Virus record (IMG/VR): IMGVR_UViG_3300032295_001396
Span: 1 to 29,403 of that record
Length of the DNA stretch: 29,403 nucleotides
Reading direction: 5' to 3' (one strand)
Source: a virus
Taxonomy: Duplodnaviria; Caudoviricetes
Shown: positions 16,588 to 25,504 of the stretch, in pieces
Numbering within the stretch: the stretch's first letter is position 1
Layout: every line of letters starts with the position of its first letter
The notes under the pieces: model-generated
Databases searched by the model: none
Told to the model about the DNA's origin: nothing
The model's input: the letters and a program-made list of their open reading frames with translations, nothing else
Position numbers and translations under genes: made by a program

Positions 16588-18828
16588 TTATAGTGTAGAA
16601 CGAGTTTTAATATTCCTATCTAACATTTGTTGATTAGACATATCACTCGCAACCACATAAGTTTTGATTGGTGCTTGTTGTAAAGTCATGGAGTTTTGTA
16701 GTTGTTGTAATGCTTGGTCTTGTGAGAATGAACCTACAGCAAGTCCTCCATCAGCAAATCTTTTTCCTCCACCTATAGAATTGATTGATGATAGTAATGG
16801 TCTAAACATCGCTGTTGATTGTGCGTTTATTACACTCTCACCATTACTCAACATCGCAGGTATTAAATCACTTTTTGGGCCTCCTATTCCTGATACTAAA
16901 CCACCTGTCGCCATACCTCTTGGTCTTGGAACTGCTGTGCCTGATGCGGCACCTGTTCCAGCAGCAGCACCACTCGCACCAGGAACTGGCGTCTTTACGA
17001 TGTCTGCTACTGCCTTGAAACCAACAAGTCCTGTCGCTACTGCTTGAACTATCGCATAACCAGGAACAGGAACCTTACTGAATGCGGCAAGTTGTCCTGC
17101 GATGGCTGCGTAAGTGTTGATTAGTGTTGCGGCTATTGATAGTGCTTTACCCGCAACAGTATTCTTACCCGCTATATCAGCAACAGCATTTAGAGCCGCA
17201 GCAGTTGCTCCTAATAATTTTTGTTGTGCGTCAAACTTCTTTTGTTCTATCGTGATTTGTGCTTCAGCGGCTGCTTTAGCATCTGCGGTTTGTTTGTCCT
17301 TTAACGCTTTGATTTGGTCTGCCGTTAAACCTTCACGAGCGAGTTGTTCTGCGTAGTATCGTTCGTCTAACGCTTTTTTGGCATCAAGTAAGGATTGTTG
17401 TTGTGCTAAATCCCCTTCAGCCTTCCTCATATTCTCTGCGAACTTGTCGTCAGTTTCCTTCTTACTTGCTTCAGCAGATTTTAATGCCGTATCTAAATCA
17501 CTCTTGGCTCTCTTCGCATTCTCTGTTTGGACTGCTATTGTAAGATTTGATTGAGCAAGTTTGATGTCTTCAAGTCGTGCCTTTTCTTCTTTGGTTAGTT
17601 CCTTCTTACCTTCATAAAGTTTCTTCTCGTTTTCTAACCCTTTAGCCTGTGCCGCAAAAATAGCATCTTGTGCTGTTCTTGCCTCTTTTGAGTTTTCACC
17701 ATACTTTTCTTTTTGTAGATTGTATGTGGCTGTAAGGTCATCAAGTTTTCTTTTGTTTGCCTCTTGTTGTGCTTTAACCAACTCATCAAAATCCTTCTTC
17801 TCTTGTTCTTTGTCTTTGTTTCTAAAGTCGGTCTTCTTGGTAATGTAGTCAGCGTCAAGTGCTGTAAGTTGTGATTGGTAATCCTTATATTCCTTACTAT
17901 CTTTTTTGTATAGTTTTTGTTGGTCTTCTAATAATTTCTTCTTTGAGTTGTAAGTATCTTCAGCATACTTTTTTTCTATCGCTAATTTCTCTTGTTCTGT
18001 TTTAGCACCATCTAACGCTATTGCTTTAGCCTTGTCTAAATCTGCCTGTCTTGCTTTTTCAGCACTCTCTAATTGAGCCTTCTGTTGGTCTAATGCTTTT
18101 TGTCTGTCGTCCCCTTGTTGCTTGAGGTTTTCTTTTTGTGTCTTTGTTAGTTGGCTTGCTCCATCCTCAAAGTTTTTAGTCGCAGTTGTATAGTTTTTAC
18201 TGAAGTCCGTAAATGCTGATTTAGCATCATCTACTGCTCCTGAAAAATCACCCGAAAACACCTTGACTAATGCTGACCCTAATTTACCGAGTGATTGTAA
18301 TAAAGCGGATATACCTGAATAAACAACTTTGACTGCTGATGATACAATCGGCATAGCCTTTGTGGCTAAACTAATCATCGCATCAATTACAGGTTCAAGT
18401 GCTGCGAATACCCCACCCAAGATTTGCTCAAACGCAATCATTAGGGGTTCCAACTTTTTAGTCATCTTCTCATTTTGACTAAACGCTGCTGTAAGAGCAC
18501 CTACTGCTGAAACGATAAGACCTATTCCAAGTCCCTTGAATGCTAAACCTAATTTGTTTGTTGATGATGTGAATGTATCAAGACCTCTACCGATTGAACC
18601 TAATGGGCCTGGTAATCCTGCTAATGTATCAATCCAATCCTCACTCTGTCCCTTTGCTGTTTTAGCGGCATCACCAATATCATTTATTCTGGCTTGTATC
18701 TTCTTGTATTCATCACTACCAGCAACTGTTTCCCTTTGGAGTTTCTTTAACTCCCTTAAAGTTTTGAGGGTGCCTTCAGCATTTATCGCCGCATCAATTT
18801 TAACCTGTAAAGTTTGTGTTTGTGCCAT
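16588..18828 (-). CDS. Tail tape measure protein
   Basis: 746 aa, Ala/Lys/Gln helical; hydrophobic GLGIGLIVSAVGAL segment; C-terminal ATGGLVSG.GGPKSD.IPAMLSNGESVIN. Confidence 0.85.
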   Translation of the reverse strand: MAQTQTLQVKIDAAINAEGTLKTLRELKKLQRETVAGSDEYKKIQARINDIGDAAKTAKGQSEDWIDTLAGLPGPLGSIGRGLDTFTSSTNKLGLAFKGLGIGLIVSAVGALTAAFSQNEKMTKKLEPLMIAFEQILGGVFAALEPVIDAMISLATKAMPIVSSAVKVVYSGISALLQSLGKLGSALVKVFSGDFSGAVDDAKSAFTDFSKNYTTATKNFEDGASQLTKTQKENLKQQGDDRQKALDQQKAQLESAEKARQADLDKAKAIALDGAKTEQEKLAIEKKYAEDTYNSKKKLLEDQQKLYKKDSKEYKDYQSQLTALDADYITKKTDFRNKDKEQEKKDFDELVKAQQEANKRKLDDLTATYNLQKEKYGENSKEARTAQDAIFAAQAKGLENEKKLYEGKKELTKEEKARLEDIKLAQSNLTIAVQTENAKRAKSDLDTALKSAEASKKETDDKFAENMRKAEGDLAQQQSLLDAKKALDERYYAEQLAREGLTADQIKALKDKQTADAKAAAEAQITIEQKKFDAQQKLLGATAAALNAVADIAGKNTVAGKALSIAATLINTYAAIAGQLAAFSKVPVPGYAIVQAVATGLVGFKAVADIVKTPVPGASGAAAGTGAASGTAVPRPRGMATGGLVSGIGGPKSDLIPAMLSNGESVINAQSTAMFRPLLSSINSIGGGKRFADGGLAVGSFSQDQALQQLQNSMTLQQAPIKTYVVASDMSNQQMLDRNIKTRSTL

Positions 18829-19004
18829 TACTGTTCTGTTCTCTTTTTAGCAATCTCAAAAAACATCGGTAAGTTTTTGAGTTTGGTATAAAACTTATGG
18901 AAATCTTCTCTCTCAATCATTTCCTGATTTAGTGCTCTTCTTAAATCTCCTATTGGGTCTATGAACTCAATATCTTCTGTTTTTTCAACTATCTCTGTAT
19001 TCAT
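18828..19004 (-). CDS. Hypothetical protein (58 aa, not in ORF track)
   Basis: Manual translation MNTEIVEKTEDIEFIDPIGDLRRALNQEMIEREDFHKFYTKLKNLPMFFEIAKKRTEQ; TAATG overlap with the tape measure start; AAAAAC-GATATTTT motif 5 nt upstream. Confidence 0.75.
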   Translation of the reverse strand: MNTEIVEKTEDIEFIDPIGDLRRALNQEMIEREDFHKFYTKLKNLPMFFEIAKKRTEQ

Positions 19005-19056
19005 AATATAAAATATCGTTTTTACTTTAAGCGGTTATAATTCGTCTCTAATTGCT

Positions 19057-21729
19057 TTATAGAGGGATACAACTACCACCCGAACAAACATATATTCCAA
19101 GTATCTCTCCTGAACCATCAAGGTCAGCGATACGGAATGGGCCTGTGTTAGTGTCTGTTGAAACATTTGAGTATGCTAAATAACCACTCTGTCCTGCGTA
19201 TCCATAAATGAAATCACCGATGGTTAAACCAGCATAGTTTTCACTCGCACAATCTGTAGTTTGTATTAGGTAATTTGTATTACAATAATCACTACAAGTT
19301 CCTCTCAACGCTCCATGTGTAAAAATTGTGTTAGGACAAGGAGGGGTTGAACTCGGTGTTTGGGTGGGTGTTGGCGTGGTCTGTGTGCCAGTTGGTGTGT
19401 TTGTCTGTGTTGTGGTTGGTGTTAAAGTAGGAGTGGCACTCGGGGTTGGTGTTATTTGATTGAATACAACAAGAACACAAGGACAAACAGGGACTACGGA
19501 ACTGATTGTAAATCCGCTTATATTAGAACCCGTATTGTATGTATGGTTATGGTCGTTAGTCGCCATAATCGTAGTGTAAGGTTGATTGATTACTCCACCA
19601 TCTATATCAAAAGTTCCTGTTATTGTATAATCACAAACAGCATTAGCATTACCTGTAAAGTCGGGATTATCAAACAAAGTAAATCTTATATCACTTGTTC
19701 CTTGTTGGTTGCTACTCATATATTGAGTTGTAAATGTAGAACAAGTCGGCGTGATGGTTTGGGTTGGTGTGTTGGTAGGAGTGGCTGTTTGACTTGAAGT
19801 CATAGTTGGAGTTAAACCAATAGTTGAAGTCGGGGTGCTTGTAGGGGTGGATGTCGGCGATAAAGTTGGGGTGTTTGTAGGACACACAACAGGATAAGTT
19901 ATTATACCATCCAAACCAAACTCCATTTGTCCTGCCTTCGGGAACCTTGCCCCGTCGTATATCGTAGAGCCTGTAGCAAATCCAATCATAGATGGGAATG
20001 CTGGGAAACCAGTTATTAAAGGATTTGTTGATTGACTATAAGAATACCAACCTAAATTAGTATTATACTCATCAAATCTTCTATAAATTGTGTGGTAATC
20101 TACACCATCGTAATTTTGGAATATTGTATAGTTATTTCCATCAGGTGCCGTAATAAACTTGAAGAATTGTGTTGTTCCTGTTTCAGTTTCATAACCATAA
20201 GTAAATGAACCACCTGAATAGATTGTGCTTCTACTATATGTTCCATTTATTATATCAGGGTTTGTTGAATTACTAATAATCAATTCTTGTGGGCATACTT
20301 CATTAGGAGTTCCTGTTGGTGTGGCGGTAGGAGTTCTCGTTGGAGTTCTCGTAGGAGTGTTTGTATTAGTCGCTGTGTTAGTTGGCGTAATTCCAATAGT
20401 TGAAGTCGGTGTGGATGTGTTTGTAATAGTTGCTGTAATACTTGGTGTGGGAGTTCTCGTTGGTGTGTTTGAGGGTGTGGGACTGATTGGTATAGGGTCG
20501 CAATCCACAGCATAACCATTACTATCCATCTTTACTATATTACTTGTAAGGACACCATCATAAGAGTTGAAGAAACCAGCACAAAAGATATAACCAGCAT
20601 CGTTAGTTGCTCCTGTAATTTGATATAAGTGTTGGATACTATCTTCCGTCACCAGCGATGTAAAGTTTCCACTATTCCAAGTTGTATCTAATGTTCCATT
20701 AGGATTGATACGAGTGATTTGATTTGTTGGAATACCTGAATATGAAGATGAGAAACCTACTGAAATATATTTAGAACCTTGAACTAAAACTTCATATTGG
20801 AAATTGGAAAATCCACCTGATACAAAACTTGTATCTCTTGTTCCATTTGGATTTAGACGGATTATACCTCTTGGAATATTCACTCCATTATACACGACCA
20901 TATCTCCAACACAAATAAGTTTTCCATCAGGTAAAACCTCAAAGTCATTTACACCACCACCAAATCCAATACCTGAAGTATTGAATGGGTCGCTTGAAGC
21001 GTATGTTCCATCACTATTTAATTTTATTAAATTAGACCTACCTGATTGAGTAAAAGCACCACTTACATAATAAGTTCCATCACTATTTTTGATGACTTTA
21101 GTAATTAAAGTTGTTGATATTCCTGATATAGCATTATTACTAAATGTAGTATCCAAAGAACCATTACTATTTAATCTACAAATCATTCCAACAGGTGTTC
21201 CTGAATACTGATTATCACCTGTTCCACAAACTAAAATCTTACCTCCTGTATCAAGTGCGGCATAGTATGTGGTTCTTGTAAATCCTGTTCCAATTACAAA
21301 TGAAGTATCTAATGTTCCGTTGTAATTTAATCTGGCTATTCTGTTTCTACTAACACCGCTAAAGGTTGTAAAACTACCTACTACTACATATTTTCCGTCG
21401 GGTTGTTGGACGAACTCAAGTGGGCCTTGAGCAAGACCTGTAATACCAAAACTTGTTCCTGGATTAAATGTTAAATCAACCTCACCATCTGTATAGGCTC
21501 TAACCATTTGACTTCTTGATACTCCATTTAACGAAATAAAACCTCCAAGCATAGCAAACTTTGATGGGTCAAATACATCTTGTAAGATTGTATTTACTAC
21601 ACCATTATCATTTGTTCCAACACCTGAAAAACAGATGCCAGGACACTGCGTTAAAGTGGGTGTAATAGTCGGTGTGTTAGTCGCAGTATTACTCGGGGTT
21701 GGCGTTATTCGCAATTTATTTATACTCAT
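19057..21729 (-). CDS. Modular adhesin-like virion protein: delta-60 (DUF5122-like) beta-propeller plus three modules joined by Pro/Thr linkers
   Basis: Repeats such as QPDGKYVVVGSF..IARLNYNGTLDTSF and LPDGKLICVG..IIRLNPNGTRDTSF; four PT tracts. Confidence 0.8.
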   Translation of the reverse strand: MSINKLRITPTPSNTATNTPTITPTLTQCPGICFSGVGTNDNGVVNTILQDVFDPSKFAMLGGFISLNGVSRSQMVRAYTDGEVDLTFNPGTSFGITGLAQGPLEFVQQPDGKYVVVGSFTTFSGVSRNRIARLNYNGTLDTSFVIGTGFTRTTYYAALDTGGKILVCGTGDNQYSGTPVGMICRLNSNGSLDTTFSNNAISGISTTLITKVIKNSDGTYYVSGAFTQSGRSNLIKLNSDGTYASSDPFNTSGIGFGGGVNDFEVLPDGKLICVGDMVVYNGVNIPRGIIRLNPNGTRDTSFVSGGFSNFQYEVLVQGSKYISVGFSSSYSGIPTNQITRINPNGTLDTTWNSGNFTSLVTEDSIQHLYQITGATNDAGYIFCAGFFNSYDGVLTSNIVKMDSNGYAVDCDPIPISPTPSNTPTRTPTPSITATITNTSTPTSTIGITPTNTATNTNTPTRTPTRTPTATPTGTPNEVCPQELIISNSTNPDIINGTYSRSTIYSGGSFTYGYETETGTTQFFKFITAPDGNNYTIFQNYDGVDYHTIYRRFDEYNTNLGWYSYSQSTNPLITGFPAFPSMIGFATGSTIYDGARFPKAGQMEFGLDGIITYPVVCPTNTPTLSPTSTPTSTPTSTIGLTPTMTSSQTATPTNTPTQTITPTCSTFTTQYMSSNQQGTSDIRFTLFDNPDFTGNANAVCDYTITGTFDIDGGVINQPYTTIMATNDHNHTYNTGSNISGFTISSVVPVCPCVLVVFNQITPTPSATPTLTPTTTQTNTPTGTQTTPTPTQTPSSTPPCPNTIFTHGALRGTCSDYCNTNYLIQTTDCASENYAGLTIGDFIYGYAGQSGYLAYSNVSTDTNTGPFRIADLDGSGEILGIYVCSGGSCIPL

Positions 21730-21730
21730 A

Positions 21731-22225
21731 TTACGGACAAGAAACGAAGTTTAATATCACACCTGAACTATCCACTTGAACTGCTGCCCAAGCAAGACCA
21801 GAACAGAATGTTCCTGTTGATGTATCTACTACAATCCAATTACCTCCACCATTAAATGGTGATGTGAGTGCTGCGTCATTATACACAATAGTTAAAGGAG
21901 CCCAAGTTGGGGCTGATTTATAGTATGGACGAGAACATGCTTTATTGGAACAAGCATCTCCTGAACTACCCCAAGTGCTCGCACCACCAGCGTAGATATA
22001 CGAAGTAAATGGTGTTCTTGTGGGTGTGGGTGTGAATGTTGCGGTAGGGGTGGGCGTTGCTCTCGTTGGTGTGATAGTGGGACTGGCTGTGATACTTGGT
22101 GTCGGTGTGGGTGAGGTTCCAGGACAAGCAGTCGTAGTCGGTGTGAAACTCGGTGTTATTGAAGGAGTTAAACTTATCGTCGGTGAGATGCTCGGCGTGG
22201 GAGTGGGTGTGTATCTAAATGCCAT
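21731..22225 (-). CDS. Pro/Thr-rich small virion protein with a C-terminal Cys module
   Basis: About 70 aa of TP repeats, then SSGDAC..Y.D..LT.PF.GG..W..VQVDSSG.IL..CP. Confidence 0.7.
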   Translation of the reverse strand: MAFRYTPTPTPSISPTISLTPSITPSFTPTTTACPGTSPTPTPSITASPTITPTRATPTPTATFTPTPTRTPFTSYIYAGGASTWGSSGDACSNKACSRPYYKSAPTWAPLTIVYNDAALTSPFNGGGNWIVVDTSTGTFCSGLAWAAVQVDSSGVILNFVSCP

Positions 22226-22227
22226 TA

Positions 22228-22239
22228 CTAATAAATATC
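22228..22239 (-). promoter_or_regulatory. GATATTTATTAG motif
   Basis: Exact 12-mer preceded by an A-tract, 2 nt before ATG. Confidence 0.65.
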
Positions 22240-22243
22240 ATTT

Positions 22244-25200
22244 TTAACAAGGAGTGCCATTTGTTGTTATGGTGAATACCGCAAGGTCAGCGTAAGGGAA
22301 ACCAGGTAATACCGAACCTTGTTGAATACATGATGGTATAGTATAACTACCTAATGAACTTACAAACACATAGGTAGATGTTCCATTACATAGATTATAT
22401 TTCAACCATCCTGTGTTGGTTATGTTTAATGTTGTATTCACTCTACAAGCAATACCTGAAGGCGTCTGGCTTGGAGTTATTGAAGGGGTTGGTGATAAAC
22501 CAGGGGTCGGTGTGGGAGTTCTCGTAGGTGTGGGTGATAAACCAGGAGTATTGGTAGGTGTGGGGGTCGGTAAAGGCGTCCAACTTGAGCAAGGACTATA
22601 TGATGATAAACAATATGTAAATCCTGTATCTTGGAATGAACTATACAATCCACATAATGTAATCGCACTTGATGGGTCAAGCGTCCATGTTCCATCAACC
22701 CCATCACAATACTTGAATGAGAATGTGTTTGTATTATCACCTGTATTTGTAATAGTCATAGATACACAACTACCCGTAAATGGTAATATCGTTTCATCCT
22801 TGAATGGTTCTAATAAGAAGGTGGGTGTTGTAGCAGAACAAGAGTTATACACAGCATAATCCCAAAAGATATAGTAATTAGATGTCTGTGTTCTATACAC
22901 ATCAAAGTATGGAACCTCATAGGTATATGCTTCGTTGTATTCGGTTCTAACAACCTTATATCTCTCAATAACCTCAAATGGTTCCTCATCTAAAGGCCCC
23001 TTGTAAATATCCACATATTGACCCTCAAAAGCCCATACAGGATACAGAATGTCTGTGTGTGTATGTATCACATCACAAGGGTCATTACAACTGATTAAAT
23101 CGTAGAATAATACAGGACTTGATTGGTAATCTCTTGTGAGTTTAACTAACTCTACACTACACATACCAGGTTCAAGTAATGATAGTCCTGATATTTTGTT
23201 TATCCTGAACTTTGTATTTTTAATCATGATGACTTCGTTGAAATACAAAGTAGATACATCCCATGGCGTTAGATACATTTGGACTTGGTAAATCTTATTC
23301 TCATCATTCGTCAGGTCTTCAATATAATCTCTGTAATATCTGTCGTATTGGTTCTCTAATGTTGGATATACAATCTCATCACTCGTAAATGTATTACTAC
23401 TATCATAGATGGTATAATGTGAGAAACCCTCAATAGCAAATGGATATGTTGTTAGACGATTAAAGTTTTGGAATGTCCCCATACTTGTAAGACCTAATAC
23501 TGTGAATGGTCTATTGGTTCCTGCGTATCTATAGAAGAACGGATTTGTCTTTGTATTACCTGTTGGGATTGATACGGACATGAATGTCTGTCTCGGTATT
23601 GAACGGAATGGTCTATACTCAAAGGTTGATATACCATTATTGTTTTGTTCCTTACTAATAAAATAACAAGGTAAAGCGATGTTAGTATCACCTGAAGCGT
23701 TCAAGTAGTAATCGGTATTTTGTCCTAATGTCTGTGTAAGATTTGTTGTTTGGTTCTTGTAATCTATGTTGAGGTCAAACTGATTTTGACCGAATATTTT
23801 GTTTGTTCTTTTTTGGTATTCTGTGTTGATGTAATCCTTGTCTTGTTTGTTCGCAGCAAAGATTGTTCCGTTGATTAAATTGGATGTGGGGTAAATGTTT
23901 TGTGTCGCATCAAAATCAACCTTATTAGTCCAATCCAAAGTTTCCCCTTTACCGATGTAATCAATCATAGGTTCCACAATAAGTGTCTTGGTCTTTACAG
24001 GATGTTCTACTACGACAAGATTAAATGTCTTATTCACATTCTGTATGAAGTCAATTTGTTTTTGGTCGCAGGACATCTCCTTATACAACTCAATCGTGTA
24101 AGGTAAAACTACTGGTGAGTTTGTAATCTTGAATGTCGCACCTTTAACCCTAAATGGAAGGCCATTTTTGGTATAGGTAAGCATATACAAATCCGTTCCA
24201 TAAAACGAACCTGTGGATGTTGTTGTCCCCGTCATGAAAAATGTATTCGTTAAACCTGATGATTGAGTTAGAACGAAATAATTTACACTCTTTATTAGTT
24301 GAGCATTTAATGGTGTTGAGTTTTGTAGAAACTCCCATAGTGTGAATGTTCCACCTGTATAAATCCAGGGGAATACACCGAATGGTGCTGTGCTCTCTAC
24401 AGTTATTGTTGCTTCCCAAGAAAAAGGTTCTCCGTTGCTCTGTGGTAGAGCAAACATATAGGTCAATTCATTCGCTGTTAAAGTTGTAGCGGAATAACCA
24501 GAATACGCAAGAGGGTTGAAATCAAAGTTTTCTTCAACGATGTTTTCTGTCTTAAACCAGTTTTGGAAACTACTAATCCCTGTTGTATTGTTTCTTATAT
24601 CTCTAATATATGAGTTTGTCTCACCCGTTGTATTTATCCACTCATATTTGTAAGGGGCTGCTTGAGCCATAAATGGTTGCTCGGTATTAAAGGATAATGG
24701 GATATAGTATCTACCGAAGTAGTCAGTATCAAAAAAAGAACTCTCAAGATAATATCCTGCTTGATTGACTATAAGTTCATATAATGTTCTCGTCCTAACA
24801 GAAGGAATAAGATATGATGATATGAGCGGAGACCCTGAAAAATCAAAGAACCCTGGTGTCCCTGAAAAATCAAGGAGTGGGGTATTGGCTGTGTTTATAT
24901 CTCTAATGTCTCTAAATGTTGAACCAGTATAATCATAACCTCTTTGTCCTAATACATACTGAACTTTACCTTCGTTGATTGGATTTGGTTGTATTGGATT
25001 TGTAGGATTAGCAAGGTTGTAAGAAAATGGGTTATGTAATGATGGGTCAAAAAATAAACTCTCTGCGATACTTGGATTGTATAGTGAGTGGTTTAATGAA
25101 CTCGTATCAATATTACATAATGCTTTGTCCCCGATGTTTGCTACAAGGTCTCCTACTGCTGAATAGAAGGTAATAGAATAGACCTTTTCAATCTTGTTGA

Positions 25201-25501
25201 TAGATACACTATTCAATCTTACATACCCATTATAGATTTCATAACCATCATATAATAGGTCTGCCTCAAACTTTTTCTTGGGGTTCCAATCTGTGAATAC
25301 TTGGTTTATCTCAAAGAAGTAATTGAAGATGTAGTTATTGTTCTTGGAGCCAGGAACCTTAAACTCTTTGGTAAAGGCACTATTCTTTTTAGTGATGTCC
25401 TGTATCTCGGCAAAAGATACTTCCATATCAATATCTTCATTACCATAGAGTTCAATAAACTCTTGGTTCCCATTTACATAAGTTCGTATTTGTAATCCCA
25501 T
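22244..25501 (-). CDS. Tail tip/baseplate hub-like protein with C-terminal Cys modules
   Basis: N-terminal ELY.NE.I..I.DI..K..F.K.F..PGSK.NN..F; DFI..K.FNL..IVEP; LDWT.K.D; follows the Dit-like gene; 1085 aa. Confidence 0.7.
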   Translation of the reverse strand: MGLQIRTYVNGNQEFIELYGNEDIDMEVSFAEIQDITKKNSAFTKEFKVPGSKNNNYIFNYFFEINQVFTDWNPKKKFEADLLYDGYEIYNGYVRLNSVSINKIEKVYSITFYSAVGDLVANIGDKALCNIDTSSLNHSLYNPSIAESLFFDPSLHNPFSYNLANPTNPIQPNPINEGKVQYVLGQRGYDYTGSTFRDIRDINTANTPLLDFSGTPGFFDFSGSPLISSYLIPSVRTRTLYELIVNQAGYYLESSFFDTDYFGRYYIPLSFNTEQPFMAQAAPYKYEWINTTGETNSYIRDIRNNTTGISSFQNWFKTENIVEENFDFNPLAYSGYSATTLTANELTYMFALPQSNGEPFSWEATITVESTAPFGVFPWIYTGGTFTLWEFLQNSTPLNAQLIKSVNYFVLTQSSGLTNTFFMTGTTTSTGSFYGTDLYMLTYTKNGLPFRVKGATFKITNSPVVLPYTIELYKEMSCDQKQIDFIQNVNKTFNLVVVEHPVKTKTLIVEPMIDYIGKGETLDWTNKVDFDATQNIYPTSNLINGTIFAANKQDKDYINTEYQKRTNKIFGQNQFDLNIDYKNQTTNLTQTLGQNTDYYLNASGDTNIALPCYFISKEQNNNGISTFEYRPFRSIPRQTFMSVSIPTGNTKTNPFFYRYAGTNRPFTVLGLTSMGTFQNFNRLTTYPFAIEGFSHYTIYDSSNTFTSDEIVYPTLENQYDRYYRDYIEDLTNDENKIYQVQMYLTPWDVSTLYFNEVIMIKNTKFRINKISGLSLLEPGMCSVELVKLTRDYQSSPVLFYDLISCNDPCDVIHTHTDILYPVWAFEGQYVDIYKGPLDEEPFEVIERYKVVRTEYNEAYTYEVPYFDVYRTQTSNYYIFWDYAVYNSCSATTPTFLLEPFKDETILPFTGSCVSMTITNTGDNTNTFSFKYCDGVDGTWTLDPSSAITLCGLYSSFQDTGFTYCLSSYSPCSSWTPLPTPTPTNTPGLSPTPTRTPTPTPGLSPTPSITPSQTPSGIACRVNTTLNITNTGWLKYNLCNGTSTYVFVSSLGSYTIPSCIQQGSVLPGFPYADLAVFTITTNGTPC

Positions 25502-25504
25502 ATA

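Noticed and set aside
19057-22560. Diversity-generating retroelement template/variable repeats
   Set aside because: No reverse transcriptase in the window; repeats are short, lie in Pro/Thr linkers and show no adenine-specific mismatch pattern
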